62,775 nucleotides of DNA, taken from a virus. Its lineage: Duplodnaviria > Caudoviricetes. The notes beneath the pieces were generated by a model. The model worked only from the letters and a program-made list of their open reading frames with translations, did no database searches and was not told where the DNA came from. The stretch is taken from positions 1-62,775 of the IMG/VR virus record IMGVR_UViG_3300046782_000740; one strand, written 5' to 3'. A program made the position numbers and the translations under genes. How positions within the stretch are numbered: the stretch's first letter is position 1; each line of letters begins with the position of its first letter. Below are positions 45,762 through 56,001 of the stretch, piece by piece.

Positions 45762-45943
45762 CGGGCGACGTGGTCACCGTCGGGACGATCATCGGCGCGC
45801 TGATCGGTGTTATCAGCCTGCTCTTGAGGCTGTTAGTAGTAGGCAAGAACCAGCACATCAAGACGCTGGAGGACACGCTCGACAACGTACGCGCCGAGCG
45901 CGATCTGTTCAGAGACCTGACGCTCACGCATCGCCGCGATTAG
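45758..45943 (+). CDS. Small TM plus coiled-coil protein, holin-like (61 aa)
   Basis: ATGA coupling; one hydrophobic helix followed by a coiled coil. Confidence 0.65.
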   Translation: MTGDVVTVGTIIGALIGVISLLLRLLVVGKNQHIKTLEDTLDNVRAERDLFRDLTLTHRRD

Positions 45944-46164
45944 TTCGGAGGCAGGGCGACGGGCTCGGCGTGGGCAACGCCGTTTGGCGTAGCCGGTACG
46001 TCGACATCGTCAGCCACGACGAACTGGCCACCCTGCATGTCTAGTTGATACCGGGTTCGCGTATCAATGCCCATCGCCTCTGCCACCACGGCGGTCAACT
46101 GCTCGAACTGTGCGTAGGCCGCGCGGATGCGCTGCATGCTGGCCTCGGGAATGGTGTACAGCAC
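45940..46164 (-). CDS. Small tail-associated protein (74 aa)
   Basis: AAGGAG RBS; last gene of the late operon. Confidence 0.65.
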   Translation of the reverse strand: MLYTIPEASMQRIRAAYAQFEQLTAVVAEAMGIDTRTRYQLDMQGGQFVVADDVDVPATPNGVAHAEPVALPPN

Positions 46165-46173
46165 AGGGTCTCC

Positions 46174-47697
46174 TTAGTTGGGGTAGTCGGCAGTCGGTAT
46201 GAATGCGATCAGCATCTCGCCGCCGCCGCTGATGCTATCGAAGCTGGTCTGGAAACGCAGGGTGATCTGCTCCCCAGCGTTCAGTATCCCCGACCATGTG
46301 AAGTACCCGCCGAAGTAGCTGGTGATCCTGAGCGGGATGCCCAGGCTGTCGAGGGTGCCGCGCTGATTGCTCAGCAGGGTCATCGACATGGTCTCCTGAT
46401 TGCCGGTCTGGTTGTAGCCGTTGACGCCGCCAGCAATCGAATAGTACCCGGTGTAGGGTACTACGACCTGAGAGCCTGACAGACTTGCACCGAGTGAGTT
46501 GTAGACGGGATTGTGATTCGCATCGCCAGTGCCGCCACTGTTGCTCAGACCGGGCAGTTGCAGGTTCGACTGAAAGTAGCGTGTTACTGCTGGGGGACCG
46601 ATTGCATTTGCAGGCCACCAGCGCAGGTAGTTGTCGCCAGCACCCAGGCGTCCGAGGACATGCGTCGGACGGGTGTTGCCTGGCTGATCACTGCCGGTGT
46701 AGGTAATGAAGCTCGCCTGGACGTAGCCGCTGCCGTCGCGCTGGACCAGGGTGTTCGCCGCCACAGGCACGCTGTAGGTGAAGTCGGCGTTGTCCCAGCA
46801 CCGATAGTTGCCGCTGGCGCGCTGGTAGAAGAAGCCCGAGGCGATGACGTTGCCACCGAAGTTGCCCCCCCACGACGGCCCCGCGTCGTACCCGTTGGCG
46901 ATCATCCGTCCGCCCGACTGGATCGTCGTCGCGGCGTATAGCGAGGTGCCGACACTGACCGAGGCACCGACGTTCAGAGCCCCAGCTAAGCTCATGTTGC
47001 CGGGGCTGATGGTGAGGGTTCCGCTCAGGCCCATCCCGTTGGCGACGGTCAGCCCGCCCGTGATGCTCTCCGAGCCGTTCACCTGCGAGGCGCCGTTGAC
47101 GGTCAGCCCCCCATCCAGAATCGTGGCCCCCGGGGTGACGCGCAGCTTGGGCACCTGAATGAACGTGTTGTCTGGCGGGTACGCCTGGACGAATGCCGTC
47201 GGGCTGAAGTTGATGCGCGTGGCGCCGATGGTGCCGAGCCCGCCGCCCGTTACCTGAATCGTGCCCGCCGTCATGGCGCCCGAGATGACGATGTTGCCGG
47301 TGATCTTCGCGTCGCCCAGCAGTTCCAGGCCAGGCACGAAGTACACCCCAGCGGCGTTGTCGGCGTGCCCGTTCTGGTTGCCGATGCGCGACATGAAGGT
47401 GTCTTGCGGCGCCGTGCCGCCAGGCCCCCAGCCGAACTGCCCCGCCGCGCCGATGCCGAAGCCAGGCTGCGACGAGCTACGGTCGGGGTACAGGTCGATC
47501 AGGTTGGTGTTCTGGCCCGGTGCGCCGTAGATCTTGAACGGCACAGTTGTGATGCCCTGGTTGCCCCCCACCGTCGCCACGTTACGGAAGGTCACGGGCT
47601 GGTCGCTCATGGCCCCCGTGAACAGGTCATAGAACTGCCGTATGTCCCCGCTGTTGACGGGGCCCTGCGGGTGGAAGTTGGTGGGGTCGAGGGGCAT
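46174..47697 (-). CDS. Tail fibre/spike protein 3 (507 aa)
   Basis: Gly/Thr-rich beta repeats; NTLVQRDGSG; N-terminus paralogous to 50485..52113. Confidence 0.8.
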   Translation of the reverse strand: MPLDPTNFHPQGPVNSGDIRQFYDLFTGAMSDQPVTFRNVATVGGNQGITTVPFKIYGAPGQNTNLIDLYPDRSSSQPGFGIGAAGQFGWGPGGTAPQDTFMSRIGNQNGHADNAAGVYFVPGLELLGDAKITGNIVISGAMTAGTIQVTGGGLGTIGATRINFSPTAFVQAYPPDNTFIQVPKLRVTPGATILDGGLTVNGASQVNGSESITGGLTVANGMGLSGTLTISPGNMSLAGALNVGASVSVGTSLYAATTIQSGGRMIANGYDAGPSWGGNFGGNVIASGFFYQRASGNYRCWDNADFTYSVPVAANTLVQRDGSGYVQASFITYTGSDQPGNTRPTHVLGRLGAGDNYLRWWPANAIGPPAVTRYFQSNLQLPGLSNSGGTGDANHNPVYNSLGASLSGSQVVVPYTGYYSIAGGVNGYNQTGNQETMSMTLLSNQRGTLDSLGIPLRITSYFGGYFTWSGILNAGEQITLRFQTSFDSISGGGEMLIAFIPTADYPN

Positions 47698-47981
47698 CAG
47701 ACCAGTCCGAGTAGCCGGTTGATGAACGTCATGTCAATACCGTCCAGCGCCGCGTCGAGTGAGCCGATGGCCGACTTGATGTCAGTCTCCTGCTCCGCCG
47801 TGAAATAGTACGGCGCCGCCTTCAGGTCTGCACTCAAGAGCCAGTCCTGATTCTGGTTGATGATGTTCTGTACCCGGACAAACTCCTTGAGGCAGGTACC
47901 TACACGCTGGTTGACTTCAAAGGCGTTGGTTGGCTGCGCGCCAATCGTCGTGGGCGGGGCGGTCGGATCGAGTGGAATCAT
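47697..47981 (-). CDS. Tail-associated protein or chaperone (94 aa)
   Basis: AAGGAG RBS; lies between fibre genes. Confidence 0.7.
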   Translation of the reverse strand: MIPLDPTAPPTTIGAQPTNAFEVNQRVGTCLKEFVRVQNIINQNQDWLLSADLKAAPYYFTAEQETDIKSAIGSLDAALDGIDMTFINRLLGLV

Positions 47982-48091
47982 GAGGGCTCCTTCTCTGTAG
48001 CGTAGCGTCTAGCGCAGCTAACGCGGCGTTGTCTAGTACCCAGCGCTCCTCACCGTCGGACATGAAGGGCGACGGTGCAAGGACAGCAGGC

Positions 48092-50065
48092 TCATCGCCG
48101 CTGCTCGGTGCAGTACATGGTGCCGTAGCTGATCGTGCTCACTCCTGCGTTCATGTTGAGAAAGACGGCAACGCGATGACTACCAGCCGGCATCGTGTAG
48201 TACACAACGCCCGACGCGGAGCAATAGTAGTTCGCGCCTGGGGTGTGGATGACGTGCGTTCCAACCCACAGTCCGCCGTCGATGCCGATGCCGAGATTGA
48301 TAATGGCCCCGGCTATGGAGTTGTAGAACGAGAGGCTCCACTCAATCCGCACGTTCAGTCCACCGGTGTACGTCCCGATGACCGCCACCGACGTCTCCAG
48401 CCAGCCGGCAGCGCCGGTTGACCAGCCGCCGCCAACGCCATTGAATGACCCTATGATCGCTTGCGCCGCGCCAGCCGCGAGCATCGGCGTGGTGACCGAG
48501 CCAGCAGGCAGAGATAGGGAGTTGGTGGCGGTTATCCCATAAGCCTGGAAGTTGCCCCAAGCAGTCAGGCCACTGGTCATCGTCACCGCACCGGTGTAGT
48601 CGATGATCACTGCGTCGGTGAGCGCGGCGTCGGTGACGACGCGCCGCGTGGCAATGTTCAGTGAACCCAAGCTGTTGGGTTGACCGTTCGCCAGGAAGCC
48701 TTTGATGCCTGCAAAGGCGATGTTGTTGCCAGCACCAAACAAAAGCACCCCGCCGTTGCCTGCGTTCTGGTTCGTGTCGTGCAGTGCGAGCAGCCCCCCG
48801 CCGACGGTCAGCCCCAGGCCGCTGGTGTTGTTGTAGCCAGCCCAGGTGGTGGCCCCCACGCCGTAAATCTCCGCCTGGGCATTCGTAGCAGAGCCGCCGC
48901 CGACCGTTAGCAGGGGCGTGACCATGCTGGTACCGGCGTATACCGTACGCGGCCTCTGGCTAGGCCAGCCGACATCCATCTGGTTGTCCTGCCCCGGTAC
49001 CCAGTGACCCGCGTTTCCCTCCACGCCCCACTTGGTCGCGGCGTTGACCTGAAGCCTGACCGCGCTACCCGACGTGATGAAGAACGTGTTGCTGCCAGCG
49101 TCCCAGATCATCGGGCGAGCCACACCAGTACCGTTGGCCTGGACTCCGATAGCTACCTGATTCGCCGCCCAGTTGATCCTGAAGCGCTCCCAGTTGTTGG
49201 CGTCGGAGTACGTGTTGTAGATGTACAGACTCTGTGCGTTCAGCCCGTTGCGCTGCTCCACCACGTTGCCAGCCGGAGCCAGCAGTGGGGTATCGACCAG
49301 TGGCGTGACCACGCTGGTGCCGGCGTAGATGGTGCGGGGTCTCGATGCTGCTGCGGCGCCGATGTCGTAGGTGTTGTCGGTGTTCCACATCAGCGTGTTG
49401 TTGAGCAGCGTCACGCCCGCGTTGTACAGACCGACGTTTCCGGCGCCTGACTGGTTGCTGATGTACACACCGTAGGCAATGCTGACCCCCGCAACGCCCT
49501 GGTTGTCCACGTATAACCCGTACATGCTCCCGACCCCGCTGCCGGATCCTAACGACGGTGCTCCCGCACGCAGCACATACCCACTGGTCAGGTTGGCCGC
49601 GACCGCTGTCGTATGCAGCCTGGCATAGACGCCGTAGAACGTGCCGAATGCAACAGCCGGAACCACAGGATCGACCTGAACCCCGTAAAAGAGGCTGCCG
49701 CTGAAGCTACTGCTGGGACTGCCGATGTACAGGGACGAAGAAGTCAGCCCCCCACTGCCAATACCCACGTTGCCAGTCAGGTTGCTGCCACCAGTCACGT
49801 ACAGCGTGTTGGTGACCCTTAGCTGTCGGCCCACATATACGTCGCGCGGCCTGCTCGCCGCCGTGGCGCCAATGTCGTAGGTGTTGTCAGGGCTGAACGT
49901 CAGGTTCTGCGTCAGCGGCAGCGTGAGCCCCCCGCCACCCCCCGACTGGTCTGCCCAGCCCATGGCGTAGTCGACGCTTGAGTTCTTGACCAGCACCTGA
50001 CCGGTCGTGCCGCCCATCGGAATGGGGTTCTTGAGGTCGAGGTTGGTGACAAGCTGGCGGGACAT
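48092..50065 (-). CDS. Tail fibre protein 2 (657 aa)
   Basis: GGTTGQVLVK; three D.TYDIG....RPR..Y repeats. Confidence 0.85.
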   Translation of the reverse strand: MSRQLVTNLDLKNPIPMGGTTGQVLVKNSSVDYAMGWADQSGGGGGLTLPLTQNLTFSPDNTYDIGATAASRPRDVYVGRQLRVTNTLYVTGGSNLTGNVGIGSGGLTSSSLYIGSPSSSFSGSLFYGVQVDPVVPAVAFGTFYGVYARLHTTAVAANLTSGYVLRAGAPSLGSGSGVGSMYGLYVDNQGVAGVSIAYGVYISNQSGAGNVGLYNAGVTLLNNTLMWNTDNTYDIGAAAASRPRTIYAGTSVVTPLVDTPLLAPAGNVVEQRNGLNAQSLYIYNTYSDANNWERFRINWAANQVAIGVQANGTGVARPMIWDAGSNTFFITSGSAVRLQVNAATKWGVEGNAGHWVPGQDNQMDVGWPSQRPRTVYAGTSMVTPLLTVGGGSATNAQAEIYGVGATTWAGYNNTSGLGLTVGGGLLALHDTNQNAGNGGVLLFGAGNNIAFAGIKGFLANGQPNSLGSLNIATRRVVTDAALTDAVIIDYTGAVTMTSGLTAWGNFQAYGITATNSLSLPAGSVTTPMLAAGAAQAIIGSFNGVGGGWSTGAAGWLETSVAVIGTYTGGLNVRIEWSLSFYNSIAGAIINLGIGIDGGLWVGTHVIHTPGANYYCSASGVVYYTMPAGSHRVAVFLNMNAGVSTISYGTMYCTEQRR

Positions 50066-50080
50066 CTGGGCTCCTGGGGT

Positions 50081-50488
50081 TTACCGTGGGTGGGCCGCTG
50101 TAGGCACGAAGAAGAGGTACTGGTAGATCTGGATACTGCCGGACACGAAGTACGACTGCGACCACGCCATGTACCACTGCGTGCTCGCGGCCATGTCCGC
50201 GTAATACGCATAGCCCCAGTTCATGTCGTTGCCGGAGTACGCCTTGAGTTGCTTGGTGGGCGCCATTTGGTTGCCGCCGTTGAGTCGAACAGCGATGTTG
50301 AAGCTCGGGTTGTCCTCATTGGTTGAGAGGTTGCCCGTCATGCTCACGTAGAACATCCAGCGCCCAACACGGTCGGTGTAGATCGGCACCGCATTCTGAC
50401 CACCGGAGCCAGTGCCGATGTTATAGCCACCCTGATTGGAGATCTGGATGGGCGGTTCAACCGGAAACTTGCTAGGCAGGTAGGTCAC
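50081..50488 (-). CDS. Tail-associated beta-sandwich protein (135 aa)
   Basis: GTGA coupling; C-terminus FVPTAAHPR resembles FIPTADYPN of fibre 3. Confidence 0.65.
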   Translation of the reverse strand: MTYLPSKFPVEPPIQISNQGGYNIGTGSGGQNAVPIYTDRVGRWMFYVSMTGNLSTNEDNPSFNIAVRLNGGNQMAPTKQLKAYSGNDMNWGYAYYADMAASTQWYMAWSQSYFVSGSIQIYQYLFFVPTAAHPR

Positions 50489-52113
50489 ATGATCATCCAG
50501 CCGACGTAGCCAGAACTTGCAAATACCGTGATCGACTCCCCCTGCTGAAGCGTATACGGGTTGACCCAGCCCGTGGAGTAGATGCCGTTGCCATTGGTGA
50601 CATACACGTTGAACGCCGCGCCGGTAACGTTCTTGACGTAGTACACTCTCCCATACACGTAGTTCAGGTCTGGCAGGTAGACATAGGTGCCGGTGTTGAT
50701 GACCGCGAGATCGGTGGTGACGCCGAGCGTGACGTTGCCGCCAGTCTCCACGCGGTAGAGCATGTCGGCACGCTGGTGCGACTGGAGCAGTTCGTTGGGA
50801 GCGTAGGAGCCCGCGTAGAAACGCGGCCCGATGGTGTCGCCGAACGTGATCCCGATGCCGTAGGTGGTGTTGTAGATCCCACAGGCGCCGTTCATTCGCA
50901 TCCAGCCCAGGTGCTGCACCCCGTCGGCCATCGTGCAGCTAGCCCCGATTGCCGCGTTGTTGAGCGGGCCGTTGCAGTTGATCGTGGCTGCCGCTAGCGG
51001 GCCAGGCGTCACCGTCAGGTTGTTGGCCGCAACGTAGGACGAGCCGTAGTCCGAGAGTACCCCGCCGCCTGGGAACTTGATTGAGCCCGTGACCGTGATC
51101 CCCGTGGAGTCAACCATCAGTCGCTGCGCATGCGAAGCCGGGTTGGCACCTGCCGCAACGGTGTTGAAAGTCATTATCCCAGCGCCGATGACGATCAGCG
51201 ACGAGGCAGCCGACGTGTCGTAGCGCATCCAGTTGGTGCCGTCGAAGTAGGCATTGCTGGTCAGGTTCACGCCGACCTTGCCGCCTTCGAGGATGGCCGA
51301 CGTGGGCGACTCGATGACCAGATAGTTGGCAGCGCCAGGCGCGATGTGCAGGATCGGCGCGTTTACCCCAGCGGGACCAATGGCGAGCGTACCCGGCACC
51401 GTAGCGTTGTGGCTCAGGTACAGGTCGCGCGGCCTGCTCGCTCCGCTCGCGCCGATGTCGTATGCGCCGTCAGGGCTGAACGTCAGGGGCTGGCCCAACG
51501 GCAGCGTGATCCCCCCAGACTGTGCCGCCCAGGCCACGTTGTAGTCCGCAGTCGCGCTCTTCTGCAGCACCTGACCGACGGTGCCGCCTGCTGGCACGGC
51601 GCCTGGGCCGACGAACGACGTGGCCGCATAGACCGTGCGCGGCCTGCTGGCGCCAGCGATGCCGACGTCGTAGGTGTTGTCTGGCGAGAACAGCAGGGAG
51701 GCAGCTAGCGTCGTTGCACCCAGGCTGGTCTGTCCCGTCACAGCCAACGTACCGGCAACCGTCGCGTTGCGGCCCAGGAACAGGTCACGCGGTCTACTTG
51801 CAGCGCTGGCACCAATGTCGTAGGTCGCATCGGGGCTGAACGTCAGGGGCTGACCCAGCGGCAACGTCACCCCCAGGTTGAGGGTGGTCCACCCAACGGC
51901 ATAGTTGGTAGCGCTGGTCTTGGCCAGCACCTGGCTGGTCGCGCCGCCGGTAGGTACCGAGCCAGGCCCGCTGATAGAGCCTGTGACCTGTAGCGTGTTG
52001 GCGATAGTGACAGGCTGATCGGCCATCACCCCGGTCAACAGGTCGGCGTACTGTTTGATGTCAGCGTGGGCGATGAGGCCCTTGTTGATCAGTCGGCTGG
52101 TGTCGAGGGGCAT
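50485..52113 (-). CDS. Tail fibre protein 1 (542 aa, start MPLDTSR)
   Basis: Three FSPD.TYD(I/V)G....SRPR repeats, two GG...QVL.K motifs, C-terminal LP...GR.Y.VKN domain. Confidence 0.85.
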   Translation of the reverse strand: MPLDTSRLINKGLIAHADIKQYADLLTGVMADQPVTIANTLQVTGSISGPGSVPTGGATSQVLAKTSATNYAVGWTTLNLGVTLPLGQPLTFSPDATYDIGASAASRPRDLFLGRNATVAGTLAVTGQTSLGATTLAASLLFSPDNTYDVGIAGASRPRTVYAATSFVGPGAVPAGGTVGQVLQKSATADYNVAWAAQSGGITLPLGQPLTFSPDGAYDIGASGASRPRDLYLSHNATVPGTLAIGPAGVNAPILHIAPGAANYLVIESPTSAILEGGKVGVNLTSNAYFDGTNWMRYDTSAASSLIVIGAGIMTFNTVAAGANPASHAQRLMVDSTGITVTGSIKFPGGGVLSDYGSSYVAANNLTVTPGPLAAATINCNGPLNNAAIGASCTMADGVQHLGWMRMNGACGIYNTTYGIGITFGDTIGPRFYAGSYAPNELLQSHQRADMLYRVETGGNVTLGVTTDLAVINTGTYVYLPDLNYVYGRVYYVKNVTGAAFNVYVTNGNGIYSTGWVNPYTLQQGESITVFASSGYVGWMIM

Positions 52114-52117
52114 CAGA

Positions 52118-54172
52118 TCACTTCGCGTCGTAGAGTGCCAGCGGCGTGTCGTAACCGAACAGCGCGGCCTGGTCCGGGTGATTGGTCGGGTCGGAGGTCC
52201 AATCCATGTCGTACACGAAGTCGCCCGTACGGGCCTCGCCTTCGAGGTACTCCAGCAGCGTCCAGTCGAGCACCCACTCGGGGGTCTTGTCGGGCTCGCG
52301 CAGCGCTTCCTGCTGCTGCAACTTGAGCACGCGCACCTGAAAGGCGTCGCTCCAGGGATCCTGATACGGCACCGGTACACCCATCCTGCGGATGTGCCAG
52401 CTATGCGCGATCTGCAGGTAGGGGTTCTGAAGGTCGTCGGCCAGCGTGCTGAAGGAGCCCGACGGCAGGCGCGTCTGGAGCACGAACAGACGGTACACCT
52501 TGGTGTTCAGCGAGACGCGCAGCGAGAACCCCCACAGCTTGGGGGTCAGCGCGTGGTCGTCGGTGAAGAACCAGATGCGCAGCGCGATGCGCTTCGCTGT
52601 AGTCCCCAGCGCGAATCCGACCTCGTCACCGGGTGACTGGTTGACGATGCCCAGCGTGATGTAGTCCCCGCCGTCGATGCTCGCGTCGATCTGGTGGTAC
52701 TGGCTCAGGCCCACCAGATTGTCCGAGATGACGCGTACCGAGAAGCCGATCTTGTCCTCGTCGGGGAACCCCAGGTCGATGTCGGGGACGTCGATGTAGC
52801 CCTGCATGGCGTAGCGGCAGTTGGGATCGTCGATCTCCGAGTCGCCGTCGAGCGGCAGCACGATCTCGGCGACGTTGGTCCCAGCGCTGAACAACAGGAT
52901 CGGGTTACCCGGAAAAAGGTGGGTCACCCCCATGGCCTGCACAGTGGTGTGGCCCAGGTACAGGTAGGTGTGCGGGGCGCCCGTCGACTGGTCGTTGCGG
53001 TATATCCACGTCTCGCCGTTGCCGTTCTGGACCGCGTAGTACAGCCAGCGGGACGTGCCCAGGATGGCCGTGACGATGCCGCGTGCGTTCGGCGGACGCC
53101 TGAAGTCCGCCGACCACGGGGCGATGCACGACGCCGTACCGGAGAACTGGTCGGCGGGGGCGTACTCCCACAACGATCTCTCGCGCGGGAAGACCAGCGT
53201 CATCGAGCCGCGCTGTTGGTCTGAGCCAGAGGCCAGGAGCCACTTGACCGGGTTGCAGTTGGTGTTCATGCGCGAGTCGAACGGGATCAGGTCGTGGTAG
53301 ACGGCGGTGTTGTCGATGCAGCCCAGCGCGTCGATCTTGCCCACGTACACGATCACCAGCCCGCCGCCTGGCGCCAGCGAGTTGACCAGCGTGTCGCCCG
53401 TCGAGACAGGCTTGGAGTACAGCGTACCCGGCTGGGTGCTGGACATGACCCTGAAGTAGTCACCTGTGCCTGGCCCGCCGACGATGTAGTTGGTGGCGTG
53501 GTCAGACGTGTAGGCCCACACGTACAGCGGCTGGACGTTGCCTGGCTCGCTGGCGTCCTGGGTCACGGGGGTGATCACGCCGCCCGCGCTGACCGCGACG
53601 GCGGTCGTCGCCGAGCCGAAGCCGATGATCAGGATCCCGCCGTACACGCCGCACGCCGTGGGGCGCGGGTTAGCCTTCCCGGTGACGGTCACCAGCAGCG
53701 TCCAGGGCCCCGTCGGCCCCTTCTGGTAGATGCGCGTGTCGGCGCCCGCTGGCGCCACGCAGAGCACCCGCTTGGGGCTGCCCGCGACGTCAGACCGATA
53801 GTCCTCACCGATCCATACGGCTGGTCCGGTGGCGCCGACCAGCGGCTGGAAGAGCACCTCGGGGCTGAGCACCGCTGGCGTGAACGCCGTGTTGACGTTC
53901 GACGTCTCGGTGTACAGCGTCATGAAGTTCTGCGGGTCGCCAGGCGCGTCGGAGTAGCGCCGCAGCCCCGCCCCTCCGACGAACGCGGCTACCGAGTGGG
54001 CGCTCTCGTACGGATTGAAGTCGGCGTACTTGAGCGTGCCCTGGCTGACCTTCTCACCGAACCGGTCTGCCTCCTCGACGCTGTACTTGCCAGGCACAAG
54101 CTGCATCGGCATGTCGTCGATGACGACCTGATCGGGCTGCCCCGGGGTAGGGAACGGCCACGGCATCGCCAT
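52118..54172 (-). CDS. Tail nozzle / tubular protein B-like (684 aa)
   Basis: Beta-propeller-like composition; position between adaptor and fibres. Confidence 0.65.
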   Translation of the reverse strand: MAMPWPFPTPGQPDQVVIDDMPMQLVPGKYSVEEADRFGEKVSQGTLKYADFNPYESAHSVAAFVGGAGLRRYSDAPGDPQNFMTLYTETSNVNTAFTPAVLSPEVLFQPLVGATGPAVWIGEDYRSDVAGSPKRVLCVAPAGADTRIYQKGPTGPWTLLVTVTGKANPRPTACGVYGGILIIGFGSATTAVAVSAGGVITPVTQDASEPGNVQPLYVWAYTSDHATNYIVGGPGTGDYFRVMSSTQPGTLYSKPVSTGDTLVNSLAPGGGLVIVYVGKIDALGCIDNTAVYHDLIPFDSRMNTNCNPVKWLLASGSDQQRGSMTLVFPRERSLWEYAPADQFSGTASCIAPWSADFRRPPNARGIVTAILGTSRWLYYAVQNGNGETWIYRNDQSTGAPHTYLYLGHTTVQAMGVTHLFPGNPILLFSAGTNVAEIVLPLDGDSEIDDPNCRYAMQGYIDVPDIDLGFPDEDKIGFSVRVISDNLVGLSQYHQIDASIDGGDYITLGIVNQSPGDEVGFALGTTAKRIALRIWFFTDDHALTPKLWGFSLRVSLNTKVYRLFVLQTRLPSGSFSTLADDLQNPYLQIAHSWHIRRMGVPVPYQDPWSDAFQVRVLKLQQQEALREPDKTPEWVLDWTLLEYLEGEARTGDFVYDMDWTSDPTNHPDQAALFGYDTPLALYDAK

Positions 54173-54175
54173 GGG

Positions 54176-55138
54176 TTAGCCGCCTCGAATGAAGGAGCTA
54201 CTCTTGAACGCTCCCAGGTAGCGCCAGTCCTCGGGCGATGGGAACGCCATCGCATCGCCGTGGCCAGGCGTGACGATGCGCCCTGGCTGGTGGCTCGGAG
54301 AGTTGACCAGCACATCGTTCTTCTGGCGCTCCAGACGGTCCATGGCCTGCTGCCTGATGCGCTCCGCCTCACCCGTGGGGATGCGGTTCGACAGGCTGTC
54401 GTTGAGCCTGAACTCTGCCCAGTCGTAGATCCACTCCAGCGCGCCGCCCTCCCACTTGCCTGCGATGGCCAGCACGTCGGCATCGGTACGCAGCGTGGGG
54501 TAGAAGCCCTCGCCGAAGATGCGCAGCTTGCGGTCTGGCGGCGGCAGGATGGCGAACTCGATGGCCCACGTCTCATGCCCTGTGTTGTCGACCCAGCGGC
54601 GCGGGCGCCAGTTCAGGTACTCCGCGTCGGCGTACGGGTAGCCGATCTGATCCTCAGACGTGTTGATCTGAATCTCTAGCCGGTAGATGTTCGCCCAGTT
54701 CTCTGCCGGATCGGGGTAGTAGATCCACGTGTTCGTCGCCGTGTGGACCGTCTCGTCGACGATCTGGCGGTACCACGTCAGGCCAAGCTGGCCGATGGCC
54801 GAGTTGAGCGCCGCCATCTTGCGGTGCCTGGGGAAGCGCATGCTGATCTCGTACTCGCCGCCCGTGATCGGGCTGGGAAAGCCTGGCGAGTACAACTGCA
54901 ACAGGCTCTGGTCAGGGCGCCACTGCTGGCCCCTGCGCTCCAGGCCACGGTTGCCCGCATCCTGGCTGCCCTGCGTGCAGTAGATCCAGCCGTTGAACTG
55001 CTGCAACGGCTGCGGGAAGTATTGCAATAGATCGGGGTCGACCATCGACGCCGTACCCCCAGAGTTGGGGGTGGAGATCACCAGATCCCCGAGACGCTCA
55101 GACAGTTCCCGGATCAGCGCCAGTGCTGTCTGCGCCAT
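54176..55138 (-). CDS. Head-tail adaptor / tail tubular protein A-like (320 aa)
   Basis: TALALIRELSERLGD N-terminus, ALNSAI; podovirus synteny. Confidence 0.65.
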   Translation of the reverse strand: MAQTALALIRELSERLGDLVISTPNSGGTASMVDPDLLQYFPQPLQQFNGWIYCTQGSQDAGNRGLERRGQQWRPDQSLLQLYSPGFPSPITGGEYEISMRFPRHRKMAALNSAIGQLGLTWYRQIVDETVHTATNTWIYYPDPAENWANIYRLEIQINTSEDQIGYPYADAEYLNWRPRRWVDNTGHETWAIEFAILPPPDRKLRIFGEGFYPTLRTDADVLAIAGKWEGGALEWIYDWAEFRLNDSLSNRIPTGEAERIRQQAMDRLERQKNDVLVNSPSHQPGRIVTPGHGDAMAFPSPEDWRYLGAFKSSSFIRGG

Positions 55139-55481
55139 CCTGCTGCATCTCCTGTCGCACAGTGGGATCCCAACTCATCTGCGGGATCAGCGGCGGCTCG
55201 GTGGCAGGAGGCTCAGGCGGAGGGTAGTCGTCGGGGATCAGGAGTTCGGCAGCGACCCGCTCCCCCACCTCGGCCATCCAGCCCTCCAGCCACGACATCG
55301 CGTACGGCGTGAACACGATCTTGACGTCCGGGCGGCGCATCATCGCCATCAGGTCGGTATCGACCTTGAGTTCCGCGTGGCCCTGCATGAAGCGCACGGT
55401 ACGCCCAGGCGTGCTGGGCATCATGATGCTGCGCGCGGGCAGCACGTACGCGTCGGCGAGGGACTGCGGGTGGGTGATCAT
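55098..55481 (-). CDS. Hypothetical protein (127 aa)
   Basis: ATGA coupling. Confidence 0.65.
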   Translation of the reverse strand: MITHPQSLADAYVLPARSIMMPSTPGRTVRFMQGHAELKVDTDLMAMMRRPDVKIVFTPYAMSWLEGWMAEVGERVAAELLIPDDYPPPEPPATEPPLIPQMSWDPTVRQEMQQDGADSTGADPGTV

Positions 55482-55687
55482 GCTTGCTCAGGAGGCACGA
55501 ACCGCCGCACCGGTGGCAATGGCTGCTGCGGCACCAGGGTGCGGAAGCCGTGCTTGCTGGCAGTGTACAGGGCCTGCTCGCACGTCAGATCCTGGCCGTG
55601 CGAGACGCACGGCCAGCGCGTGTGGTTGACGTTGTTGTCCAACGTCATCAACCCGATGTGCTCAGGGTTTGCGTTCCTGACGATCAT
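55478..55687 (-). CDS. Hypothetical protein (69 aa)
   Basis: ATGA coupling. Confidence 0.6.
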   Translation of the reverse strand: MIVRNANPEHIGLMTLDNNVNHTRWPCVSHGQDLTCEQALYTASKHGFRTLVPQQPLPPVRRFVPPEQA

Positions 55688-56001
55688 TCGTGACCGAACG
55701 CTAACGCATACCGGTCCCTGTACGCATCCGACGGGACCGACACGAAGCGTCCCTTACCCGCGCCTGCGGTCAGGTTCAGCGGCGTGCGCCCGTGAGCGTG
55801 GTCCTTTTCTTGCCCTGTGGTCGTGGTGCGCGTCCACGTCGCTCCGCAGCCGCCCTCCCTGCGGTCGGCGCTGAAGATCGACCAGTCGTGGTACTGCTCG
55901 ACGCGCTCGCCGTGACCGGTCCCTTCGGACCGGTGCGCGGCGTCTACTTCGAGGCAGCCATCGGCGGGGCAAACATCGTAGTAGTCCCCGTCTTTGCTCA
56001 C
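55684..56001 (-). CDS. Hypothetical Cys-containing protein (105 aa)
   Basis: GTGA coupling to the capsid gene; ends YRDRY..AFG. Confidence 0.65.
   Translation of the reverse strand: MSKDGDYYDVCPADGCLEVDAAHRSEGTGHGERVEQYHDWSIFSADRREGGCGATWTRTTTTGQEKDHAHGRTPLNLTAGAGKGRFVSVPSDAYRDRYALAFGHE

Noticed and set aside
46174-52113. Diversity-generating retroelement or invertible fibre system
   Set aside because: No reverse transcriptase, invertase or adenine-specific TR/VR pair seen. The repeats are at protein level.
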